DNA of 64,000 nt from Antedon mediterranea (taxonomy: Eukaryota > Animalia > Echinodermata): positions 8,184,001 through 8,248,000 of the forward strand of contig NC_092674.1 of NCBI RefSeq assembly GCF_964355755.1. The letters are read 5' to 3'. Below, piece by piece: positions 51,601 through 61,765 of this stretch; positions within the stretch are counted from its first letter, which is position 1, and each line of letters starts with the position of its first letter. The translations under genes and the position numbers were made by a program. Below the pieces are notes generated by a model. The model was not told where the DNA came from. It searched no databases and was given only the letters and a program-made list of their open reading frames with translations.

Positions 51601-52796
51601 TACTACTGTACAGTACAGGAAAGCATCTGTAATCAGGGGAATCTGCATTCTGTATAATAAAGGATTTAGCAATCAATTGTACCTTTTAATTAGCCTAAGA
51701 CATTGAAAATCCTATTCTATTAATTTCACAAGACTTAAGATTTCAGGTCCCTCTGGTCCCCTCGAAGCCGGTTAGTTAAATTCCACTTAAAGCTGAGCGT
51801 AATCAATATTTGGTATAGGATTGGCTAGTTACGCATAATGCAAGCCGATTATAGACAGTTTTACAATGAAGAATTCCTATAATGAAATACTACAATAATC
51901 ACTGTATACGTATTTGTTTAACATAAATTTCATATCTGTGCAATCATTGTTATCTGCCATACAGTTATCTGCTACCCTGTCAGGGATGCCACTCGTGTTT
52001 TTACTTAAATTCTGCTTGTATTTGTATTTTATGAATAGTTTTTTGATATTTTTTGTGTGGATATTTTCTGATATATTGAAATGCTATATTTTATCTTTAT
52101 GTGCTACTTGGTATTGAGGATTCACAGGCTCTTGTCATAGCAATTTAGTTCCCTTTTGTGTTTCCTGCCATTTAGTTTGTACAGTTAGTTAGTTTGTTTA
52201 ATTGGCAATACAAAATATGAATAATTCACAATACAGTAATTACTGTATTCTGGGCAGAGGTGAGTGGGGACACCCACATTAAATGTCTTCCCCTAGCCTA
52301 AAACTAATTTATTCAAGATGTACTATCCATTAAAAAAATCAAAATTAAAGTTTTTTTAATAAAATCAGACTTTAAATAGGCCATTATATATACTGTACTG
52401 TAACAAAGTTAATCACTTCTGTAGATAAAAACAGAAAATATATTTTTTTCGCTTATAAAATGACAAAATAAATGGTTATATTGAACCAAAAACCCACTGG
52501 CAGCCAATTTGACTAATATTGTTTACTTTAAATTATTATACAGTAGCTTTTTTCAGGTAAATAATTTTGTTTCAATTCAATTTTTGGTGATTTAAGTGAT
52601 ACAAAACAAAAAAATCGTTAAAAAAATACTTTTTCAGGGGGACAATCTAAAAAATGCATTCCACATGCCAGAATTTCAACAGAGTACCCATCAGGGAAAC
52701 CTGTTTTAATTGGTTTTAAATTATTAAACCACCCTTTCTGACATCCACCATCTACAGTACTGCATACTGTACAGATCTGTCTACAGTATCTATAAT

Positions 52797-55097
52797 GCAC
52801 ATCCACGTCAAACAGCGAAAATGGGACATTAAGTGTTCCGAGAGCCGTTTTCATTGTTTAAGTTAGCCGGAGCCTTTTTCGATTGGCTATAAATAGAAAG
52901 TTAACGAGCATTTCGAGCGACGCGAGTTCTGAAGTCCGTGTTTTATAGGCTGTCTAAATTTCCTTTTTAACGGGTTTATATTAAATTATATTGTTGTTTG
53001 ATTTATTTCTGTTAATAAAGAACATTTATATTAAACAAAAACCACAACAATAGCAATTTTAGTTGATTATGGATTAATTTATTTGAATTCTAAGATAAAC
53101 GTCTAAGCCAAGTGTAAACGTAAACAAAGCGAGTCATACGGCGAAAACAAAAAAGTGAAAACTAACTAATTTGTTAAAATAGCTAACATTAATTTGCAAT
53201 TTTTAAATGAAATTCTGAAAACGCTATAATATAGTCTTATATGCATTTTCAAAGATTTCCAAATATAAGCTTGGGGTTATTTTTCAAACAAATTCTATAA
53301 GGAGTTGAAGAGAGTGTATTTTGAGCGAAAGTGCGGTGCGCGTAGGCCTAGGAAGACGCGGCAAGGCTGGAATACTCGTTTCCTTAGGCGACGAGAACGA
53401 CGGAAAATGCGCTCCATCACTGTGCTCTCAATTTTAGTTCTTGTTAGGTGGATGATGCAGAATCTTATAATATGGGCATATAAATTTTAAAATAAAGTGC
53501 TCAACTTTCATTTTTCTTATAATTATGAAGATTAGTGTGAAGTGGGGACTGTTTGCATGCTTGAACGGCTGACTTGGTAAAATACTGAAAAATCAGTCAA
53601 TTAGTTAGGCCTAGGCTAATTAATTAATGTACACAGTATATAATGTCATATTTTTATGAATAGGCTTACTAGTAATCTCATAATAAATCTGTTAATGTCA
53701 CCTTTCACTAACATATGATTGATTTAAGTATATGCTGAAAATGTTTACTTTTTATCGGAGCTAAAATGAAATTTCACGGTTCCCTGCTTTTTATTTTATT
53801 ATAATAATGGAGCAATAAATGAAATACAAATACACACCAATTAACATTTTAACTTTTAATATTATCACAAATTGCACCTTAAAAATCAGACAACAAGTTT
53901 TCTACATGAACTTAGCTAACATTTTTTGTACTAAGCCTAATCTTCAAAAGATTTACTATTACTGTAGTAGGCCTATTATCATTATTTATTTGCCGATTTG
54001 AAATGTACATTTAAACTTTATTAAACTACTGCACAACAACCAACCGCCATTTGAACCTTTAAATAAGTAAATTAGGATAAGTTAAAGTTTTTAAAAAATA
54101 AATGTCTCTTTGGCAATACATCTATAAATATCAATAATTACAGTATTAATAGTGCTTTTTCACATTATATGCCAGAGGTAAATTAATATGACTCATAAGA
54201 AATTGTTGTTGATTTAATGCTATTTGTATTGAAGTATGTAGAACAATCCTCTGGGGTCTGTAAAAAAAAACACAAAACATTCAATTAATAATAATCATTA
54301 TTTAATTATATGTGTATATTTATTCTTATTTTCTTAGGCCTATAAACAACGCGCGCCTGACAATGAACACGCGCCAATAATGCACGCACTACCCCACTAT
54401 TATAGGCTAAAGCCTGGCTCTCCTACTGTATTACTAGGCCTAGACTATATTGATTTATAAATAAAACAAAGAGGCTTTGTAGAGTTTTATCATTTAAAAC
54501 AGCTTTCCTATATATTATATGTTGCCCTTATTAATTTACAAAACCACATTTTTTATCTTATGGCGTAAAAAATGATTTTAGCTACAACCATGTGTTCCAT
54601 TTTCAATAGTGAAATACCCAAGAAGGCACATGTTTAAGCAGCCATTAAAAAAAAATAAAAAATAACCCCAACGAGATTTTTTTATTAACTACTATTGAAA
54701 AATCAAATATTCAGAAACTATAAAACCCACCTTCTCAAAAAATTGCGTTGTTTTATTACAGCCTCAACAAATTAGACAACATTTTAACATTCGAATAGCC
54801 TAAAATTGTTTAAAAAACATCGGTGTAATTCACCCTTGTTTCACACAAATATAATGGGTTCGTCGATTAAAAAACAATATCACGTGGTTCGTAGATGCCT
54901 CTTCAAAGGTTTTCATGAATTATTCATTAGTAAATAAAACCAAAAGTTCCAATTGGCCAGTTTGCAAAAACCTAAGATTTACTTTTCAAAACAAAGTTGC
55001 TTCCGGGTAATTGTCAACGCTGTCTCGTGTGCAAAAACGATTCGCTGCCGATAGAGGGCTCACTACTTTTTGTCCCTGGTGAATTGAGTGTGAATGC
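52797..55097. mobile_element. Probable non-autonomous DNA transposon (2.3 kb), superfamily uncertain
   Basis: Weak TIR (GCACATCCACGTCAAA..GGGACA versus reverse complement GCATTCACACTCAAT..GGGACA) with aat on both flanks. CpG-retaining interior within a CpG-poor intron. Confidence 0.45.
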
Positions 55098-55116
55098 AAT
55101 ACTGTACACCCCTGTA

Positions 55117-55251
55117 AGCTCTGTCTACTGTATACAGGTCATGGAGTAAAGAATAATTCTTTATTCCATGATACAGGTACTAGTTTTACAAAAAAAAGTA
55201 TGATGTGATATTTTTTTTGTCACATAAAGTTTGATACTGATAGACAGAGCT
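55117..55251. mobile_element. MITE family A copy, internally deleted, hosting a 31-bp insertion
   Basis: agctctgtctac ... tagacagagct|taa termini. Confidence 0.78.
55140..55170. mobile_element. 31-bp P-element-like mini-transposon consisting only of TIRs
   Basis: CATGGAGTAAAGAAT-A-ATTCTTTATTCCATG (15-bp arms, 1 mismatch) flanked by a perfect 8-bp direct repeat atacaggt (55132-55139 and 55171-55178). Confidence 0.75.
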
Positions 55252-55318
55252 TAACATATCCTCTGTGTTTTTGTGAAAAATTTGGCTTAGCCTACAGACA
55301 GTGATGTACAGTGTACAT

Positions 55319-55540
55319 TACACAAACCAGTAGTGGTGTTAGTAGTCTATGAGTGCTAGCTTACCTGTATAAACCGACAATAGCCCGTGCTCTCCAGAGG
55401 GAGGGCTTAGATACAAAAGTGAAAAGTTCCTAGAACACCCCTGCATTATGATGGACCCGTCCGCAACCACGCCCTCATGTGGGAACGTACCAACGTACCA
55501 CCGTCATCATTTTCTTTCGTAAGCTAGTCACGATATAGAC
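55319..55540. repeat. Unclassified dispersed repeat family with core GTCGGTTTATCCAGGTAAGCTAG (this copy reversed)
   Basis: The core recurs at ~15845, ~17245, ~30455, ~37095, ~38395 and ~47505 on the + strand, and at ~31920, ~40620 and ~55355 reversed. It is often linked to TTACACAAACCAG and TTCTCCCCTTGAAGGGGA. Confidence 0.7.
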
Positions 55541-56562
55541 TAGGACTGTACAGTAATTATTACAGTATTCAATGTACAAACAATCATTTTCGATTAAACA
55601 TATACTGGTTCTACAGTACAGTAATGCTATGCAACAACATAAATGTATTACTGCATATTCACATTCCTTGTGTCAACAAAATGTGTACAGCTGCATTATT
55701 TATTATTATAAGCTTCATAAATATATTGCATATTTCATCTTTATTTATCAAACTAGAAATTGTTTTCTTTTGCCTTTGACAGCTACAATATACTGTATCA
55801 AAACATATTCATATTAATAATCACACACAGAATTTAGCGCCCTTTCATCACACCTTATAGGATACCTCAATGTGTATTCAATCATAAATCAATATGATTG
55901 TATTAACACAGTTCGTAATGTACTGTATAATCACAGGTAAAGCAGGTAGGTATTTTTGATGGGTACTGTACAAACAATATGTTTAACATATTTTTTTAAA
56001 TGTCACATTCCGGTTAAATATTCATTAGAATGGTTGTAATAATTTTAAATATATCTTGTGAACTTTACAGCAGTATATCAACCTGCAGAATTACTGTACA
56101 GTAAATAAGTGTAACAAGCTGTAGTACAGTACAGGAGGGTCATGTTTTGGCAGCCAAAAATGATTATGATAAACAGTGGTGCTATTATTCTAACTATTAT
56201 TAAAACTAAAGACAAAATTATCAGATAATTATCTACGAAATTGAAAAAGTAAACGGAGATAGTTTTGAAATAATAGGCAGTTGGGAACATAACTATTACA
56301 GAGGGTGAGCAGGTATAACTACACAGTACAGGTAGATAGCATATTATAATACATCAAAACCAATAGTAGTTGGCCTAGGCTATGTAAATTGTGATGAATG
56401 AGGTAGCATTGCTGATGCCCTGCTGTGTGCATTCAATATATCTTCTTGACATTCTACTACTTGTAAGCTCTACTGTACTACAGTACTACTAGTACTACTA
56501 GTACTACTACAAAAATAAATGACTTGGACTAGGCCGTCAATTGTAAGACCCACTATAGTATA

Positions 56563-57003
56563 CGCCGTTGCTAAAGATACGGTACCGTATCCATGCTTTT
56601 AAAAACTAAATATACGGTAATTATAGAGGGCGCTTCCGTTTGCTAAAAGTACGGTAAAATTGCATTCCTAAAACTCGTACCTAAATATAAAATTCGTTCC
56701 TAAATATAAAACTCGTTCCTAAATATAAAACTCGTTCCTAAATATTAAAAACCTAACCCTCTAAATAACCTCTCTTAAATTAAAAACTAAAAAAAAAAAT
56801 TTAAAAAAGACGTCAAGAGTATCGAACCTCCAACCCCTTAAGCCAAAGCCTCATCACATGTCCACTAGGCTACACAGCTGGCTTGCAGAAAACCAATGCA
56901 ATAACCTATTTGATTAACATCCACATTACATAGCGCCCTCTATAATTACCGTACCTTTAGTTTTTAAAAGTATGGATACGGTACCGTATCTTAAGCCATA
57001 ACG
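56563..57003. mobile_element. Mutator-like MITE (441 bp) carrying a 20-bp tandem array and a tRNA-derived Pol III cassette
   Basis: ~70-bp imperfect TIR (..AAGATACGGTACCGTATCCAT.CTTTTAAAAACTAAA..TACGGTAATTATAGAGGGCGCT) and perfect 9-bp TSD tatagtata (56554-56562 and 57004-57012). Interior has (CCTAAATATAAAACTCGTT) about 4 times. Confidence 0.85.
56809..56880 (-). other. tRNA-derived Pol III promoter cassette (not a canonical tRNA)
   Basis: Minus strand shows A box TAGCCTAGTGG, B box GGTTCGATAC and an immediately following TTTTTT. The acceptor stem does not pair well. Confidence 0.6.
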
Positions 57004-57674
57004 TATAGTATATGACCCCCGGGAGAGGTGCATCATTTACAAATAATTACTGACGCAGGGGTGCGTAGAAAAACCTAGAAGGTACGTCGCATTAATGAAC
57101 GATGGTGTGTCAATGTTCGTCACTTTATGCATTTGTCAATTGTATGACCCACTATACGACCCCTGGGAGAGGTGCATCATTTGTCCGATGTGCGTCATAC
57201 TGTACCTTACGGAAAACCATGACGCACCCATGCGTAAAAAATGTGACTTACCTTTAGGTGACCATGACACAATGTGATTATGTTGTTTAAGATATTTTGG
57301 GTGGTAAAGTGACGGACATTGACACACCATCGTTCATTGATGTGACGTACCTTCTAGGTTTTTTTACGCACTCCTGCATCAGTAATTATTGGTAAATGAA
57401 GCACCTCCCATACAATTGACAAGTGCATAGCACCGGCCTAGGCTAGTCCAAGTTTTTGTAGTAGTACAAAACTTTTGCACCACACTCTCGAAATACCCAA
57501 TTAAAAAACATTCTCGTTTCACCCGCTGCGCGGCGGTGATGGTTGAGTTAGTCTTATGTTATGCCCAGTTTTAGCGGCCTAACTAGGCTAGGCCTAGGCC
57601 TATCTATTCTTATTATAAAATAATATAGGCATAGGTAGCGACTAGCAAAACCGCTAGAGGGCAGCAGACATCTT

Positions 57675-58508
57675 TAGGGAATAGACAAGTGTGACCCTTA
57701 ACCTGTTAAAAAGGGGTCAACTTGCGCATGAATTTACGAACTCTGATTGGCTATTCAGAAAAAACGAATGACTGTACGATCTTTTCCGGAAAATTCCGAT
57801 GAAAAATTTGAAATTCCTTTGCCCACATGTCTTCGCGATGACATTTTATTTTGGGCTCGAAATGTTAGTAAAATCAGAAAAAATCGAAAACATGCCTAAT
57901 ATTTTGGGATTTTGCTTATATATTTTAGATATATTTATATTTTAACAGTGTACGCCTTTGGTTTTACATAAATATCACCTATATTGGATCACAAAAGGTT
58001 TTTAATCACCTGATGCTAGGTGAGTAAGCAATTCTAGGCCGCGAAGTGCCTGATGACGTCATCACACAGCCTGGCTGAGGTGGGGGTATTCCTCCGGGAC
58101 ATTCGCGCAGTCCGGGGAGAGGGTAAACATAAAATAAGTACTTTCTATCTTATTTTTGTGATTTTGACACAATTTCCAAACAAAATGTGGTACTATGCAA
58201 ATATATATTTGTCACCATCAACTTTCTAATTAAAAATATGTTCATAAAATGTATTTATATGTGTTTTAGTAGTATTTTCACCCAGTGACTATTTGTGTAC
58301 AAGGTCACAAACGCGGGGTGGGGATTCCTATGTAAACAAAGGATAGTGATGGTGCCAAATTTTTACACCTTATTTTATTCATAACTTTCGAAATACTCAA
58401 TCAATTTTGTTGATTTAAAGTTTAAAATGCTTACGATTATATACTCTTTCAAACTGAACACTATTCAAATGCAGAAAGATAAATTGAAAAATATATGCCA
58501 GTCCCTAG
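57675..58508. mobile_element. Possible DNA transposon remnant (TAGGGA...TCCCTA ends)
   Basis: Short terminal inversion and transposon-like interior. No clear TSD. Confidence 0.35.
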
Positions 58509-58746
58509 CATAGGCTAGCTAGACCTAGGCCTAGCGACTGTTGGTAGTTCTAGGTCTAGCATATGCATCACAGATGAGAATGAATACATTTTGTGTTTAC
58601 TTTGAATTTATCATCATCAGACATTAATTCTCACATTTTTTGCAAAAATACACTCTAGCTAGGCCCTGGCTGGCTGGGTACACAGCATGCAGTGAAGTTT
58701 GGTTAAAAATTAAATAGATATTAAAGTGTATTGCTAAATACCTCAC

Positions 58747-58765
58747 CTTGCTTACGAACTGGCAT
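58747..58765 (-). CDS. dlg1: Discs large (DLG1/SAP97-like MAGUK), first coding exon, MPVRKQ plus 1 nt
   Basis: Minus strand reads acagt ATG CCA GTT CGT AAG CAA G|gtgagg. MPVRKQ is the known N-terminus of L27-bearing DLG1/SAP97. The phase-1 GT donor joins in frame to the exon at 47218. Confidence 0.93.
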
Positions 58766-59220
58766 ACTGTTTAGGCCTAGTATGATAAATCCCAAAGTTA
58801 GAACAAGTTATTTATCCAAAATGGTAACACAAACACGATGGTGAGTATCAGAAGCAGACAGGAGGCTAGCTGGCAACGTATCTCAGTTTTCTTCGCTAGA
58901 GCGCACACGGGGTCACACCCGCCAGCGGTTTTGTTTTGCTAGGCCTCACGAAAGTTTGGTAAACAATAAAAGCTCGTTACGAAATAAAAAAAGCAAGCAA
59001 GAAACTGATAATAGTAATAACTTAGCATAAACAACTAAATTCCACTGCCGTTTTCAAACATTAATTAAGCTTCTACGTTGTGCACACACAAACCACAATC
59101 CGTGCGAATTCCTACGATCCCTGACTAAAAAAAAACCACGGTGAAATCCCTGCAAGATGGCGGCAGACGCGGAAGTGATCATGTGACCTTCAAAAGTTCA
59201 CAACATACAACCGCAAAACG
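58766..59220 (-). promoter_or_regulatory. dlg1 5' UTR and probable core promoter (CpG-retaining)
   Basis: CpG-rich stretch upstream of the ATG with a YY1 consensus CAAGATGGCGGC (59153-59164), ETS/GABP-type GCGGAAGTG (59169-59177) and E-box TCATGTGAC (59179-59187). The TSS position is inferred. Confidence 0.65.
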
Positions 59221-60218
59221 ACGAATTTTGTGTGATTTTTATATAAAATCAATATTCTAAATACCTAATGTGTTTATCTGAATATACAATTATTCAAATC
59301 AATAATATAACCCTAATCAATTATATTAGATAAAAATTATTTCTGGTGAAATAAATGATCTCTGAGACGCAAAATAAATTCATAAGACAAATTAATAAAT
59401 AAATAAATTAAATTAATTAAGTGCAGTGAAATATAATCATTAATTTTATTTATTTCATTTCTGGCCATTCTAGGGAAATGAATAAAATTCGCTTTGCCAC
59501 AGCCCCCGCTCAAATACTTTGTGTCCGAACCCCAATAGTCAGATCCTGGCTAAGGGGCCTTGATTAAAACCTAGGACATAACTATTTTTCGTTAAGCCTT
59601 ATCTACAGGCACTATACATTAAAAACAAACATACAATAAGTTATTAAATTGAATAAATTAAATAAAAAAAGTAAATAATGATTAGATTCATAAAGCTCTC
59701 ACTTGTGAAAATTATGCTGTATTATTACAGTATATGTTCATGTAGGTAATATTATGCACAATTATGGGCTACTTTGGTCGCTGTTGGATGAAGATGAAAT
59801 AAAATTAAAATTAAAATAAAACTACTGCATGTCTAACTGTATTTTGATAGGCCTACTGTTTAGGCATACTTTAAACTGCTCGACTGATTTAGATAAATAA
59901 AAATATCCAATTCAATAATGACGTAATAGGGATTCCCCAATAATTTCCGCAAAATGTTTTCTACATAGCATAAGGGCTACATATGCTTGCCTTATGCTTT
60001 GTTTGTTTTATTATTGTCTTGTTTTTGTTTGTTTGTTTTTTTGTTTTTTTTGGATAAGGGAGTCATTTAAAATTGTGTTTTTATCTTTGGTTTGCACTTA
60101 ACCCTTGAGTGGTGTCTACCTTTACGGATCGGAAACAAATGACACATGCATATGACTTCAACAAACACCCATGCCGGCTGCTTTTAACCAATAACAAAAT
60201 GATTCGTTTTTTATTACC

Positions 60219-60290
60219 CATCATTATCATCGTCCTCATCATCATCGTCATCATCATCATCGTCGTCATCATCATTGTCATCATCATCAC
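60219..60290 (+). repeat. Imperfect (ATC/GTC)n microsatellite
   Basis: Directly visible. Source of the poly-Met and poly-Ile ORFs. Confidence 0.95.
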
Positions 60291-60589
60291 TCATAATTAG
60301 AAGTTTTGTTTAATGTGTGTAAATCTCGTCAAAGATACTAACTACACTACACTATACATTACACTTCTTTGACACGTATCCGCTATCATTGATCTCGTCA
60401 GCATACTGTACTAGACTCCAAACTTTTTAATTATAATAGAGGGCGCACGTCTATTTTAAAGAACCTTTTCGGTGTCATGATGAGATGCAGGACTTTAGTC
60501 GGCGACACCGTATTTTTTCACTTTTTTTACTGCTATGATTTGGCATGAGGTTACTTATTCTATTTAAATTAATTTTGAAATAGAATGGA

Positions 60590-61230
60590 TGATTTATTTA
60601 TTTTATCTATTTTATTTCAACAATATCTACGAGGGTGGTCCATCCAGCCAAAGCTGATCATTAGGGACCCTTACAAAAATACAACATGACGGGACATAAA
60701 CATGTAACAATAAAATTAAATTAAAATAAATAGTATTAATAAAGATTAACGAAAAAAATAAAGCACAAAACAAGAAGATGGTTCTTGTTAAGCAAATATT
60801 TGAATGAAGAGTGGGATAAAGCAAGTCGAATATCTAAAGGAAGAGAATTAAAAAAGAGCATTGAAGCTAAAAGACTGTTTGAACAGACTATAAAGGTTTG
60901 TTTTAATCATACTCTGTGTAGCCTACATTATTGAATACCATCGTTGCCGGGGTGAAACATTTAAGAATTGAGCAGAAATCGGAACTAGACTTTAATTTAT
61001 CAAATAAGTTTATTCATCAATAACTAAAGGTGGGCCTATCCTTACAGTGATTCAGACTCGTATTAAAGCATTAAGTCTGTGCTGAAACAGTTTGTGCAGA
61101 TATGTAGAAGAAAAAAACTTGAAATTTAACCATCGAAAGTGTCCAATCCAAGACAATTTAAATCTAAAGAACACCTAATTTCAACCTATGTGTAATAATC
61201 CTTTCCAATTACTTTATATTTTACAGCGAA
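60590..61230 (-). mobile_element. Decayed L2/CR1-type LINE 3' fragment
   Basis: Minus strand encodes SLFKQSFSFNA/FNSLPLDIRLALSHSSFKYLLNK, the classic ORF2 end. The 3' UTR reads ggtccctaatgatcagctttggctggatggaccaccc, followed by an AAAT-rich tail. Confidence 0.7.
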
Positions 61231-61494
61231 GAGTGCCCCCTGACATTTTTACTTTGTCGGTACCAAATTTTCATTACTGTTTTTTGTCAGTCCCGTGTTG
61301 ATGTACTTTATTACTTGATGATTGACGAATGAATGAAAAAAGAGACAATAAATACAAGCTGTTTGATTTTCTTTGAAACAAGTACCCCATTTACACATGT
61401 TGCAGATTACGGCTGTTTTGTGTCCACATCACGGTTCATTGTCATTGAAACCATCTTAAACCTAAATAATCTCAAACTAAACAAACAGTAATTT

Positions 61495-61765
61495 AAATGA
61501 AAGCACTCAAAAACGGAGTGAAGTACTCGGAAAAATATTGCCACAGAGGGCGCATGTTGATATTTCGGCCCATGTTAAAAGCATACAATTTTTAATGAAC
61601 CGATTTTCTTGAACTTCAACAGGCATGTCCTGTAAGTATACCTATTTACACCGAAAAATTCAGAATGATAATTTAAAAACTGTAGGCGCCCGCGTGCTAA
61701 CAAAGAAGCAAACACACAAAGGATGTACTATACTTGCCAAACTTATATTTTGCCAAGTATTAATA
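61495..61765 (+). mobile_element. Probable non-autonomous Helentron/Helitron2-type element
   Basis: 5' aaagcactc..gagtgaagtac hairpin, short aaac/acac tract, and 3' hairpin atacttgccaaa..tttgccaagtat in A/T flanks. Called on architecture only. Confidence 0.45.

Larger units (their letters stand above)
56503..57466. mobile_element. Palindromic TIR element (host) with ~100-bp internal inverted arms
   Basis: Ends tactacaaaaa..acttggactag and ctagtccaagtttttgtagta. Segments ~57025-57127 and ~57305-57408 are near-perfect reverse complements. Confidence 0.7.

Noticed and set aside
60081-60300. Poly-Met and poly-Ile ORFs
   Set aside because: Microsatellite translation.
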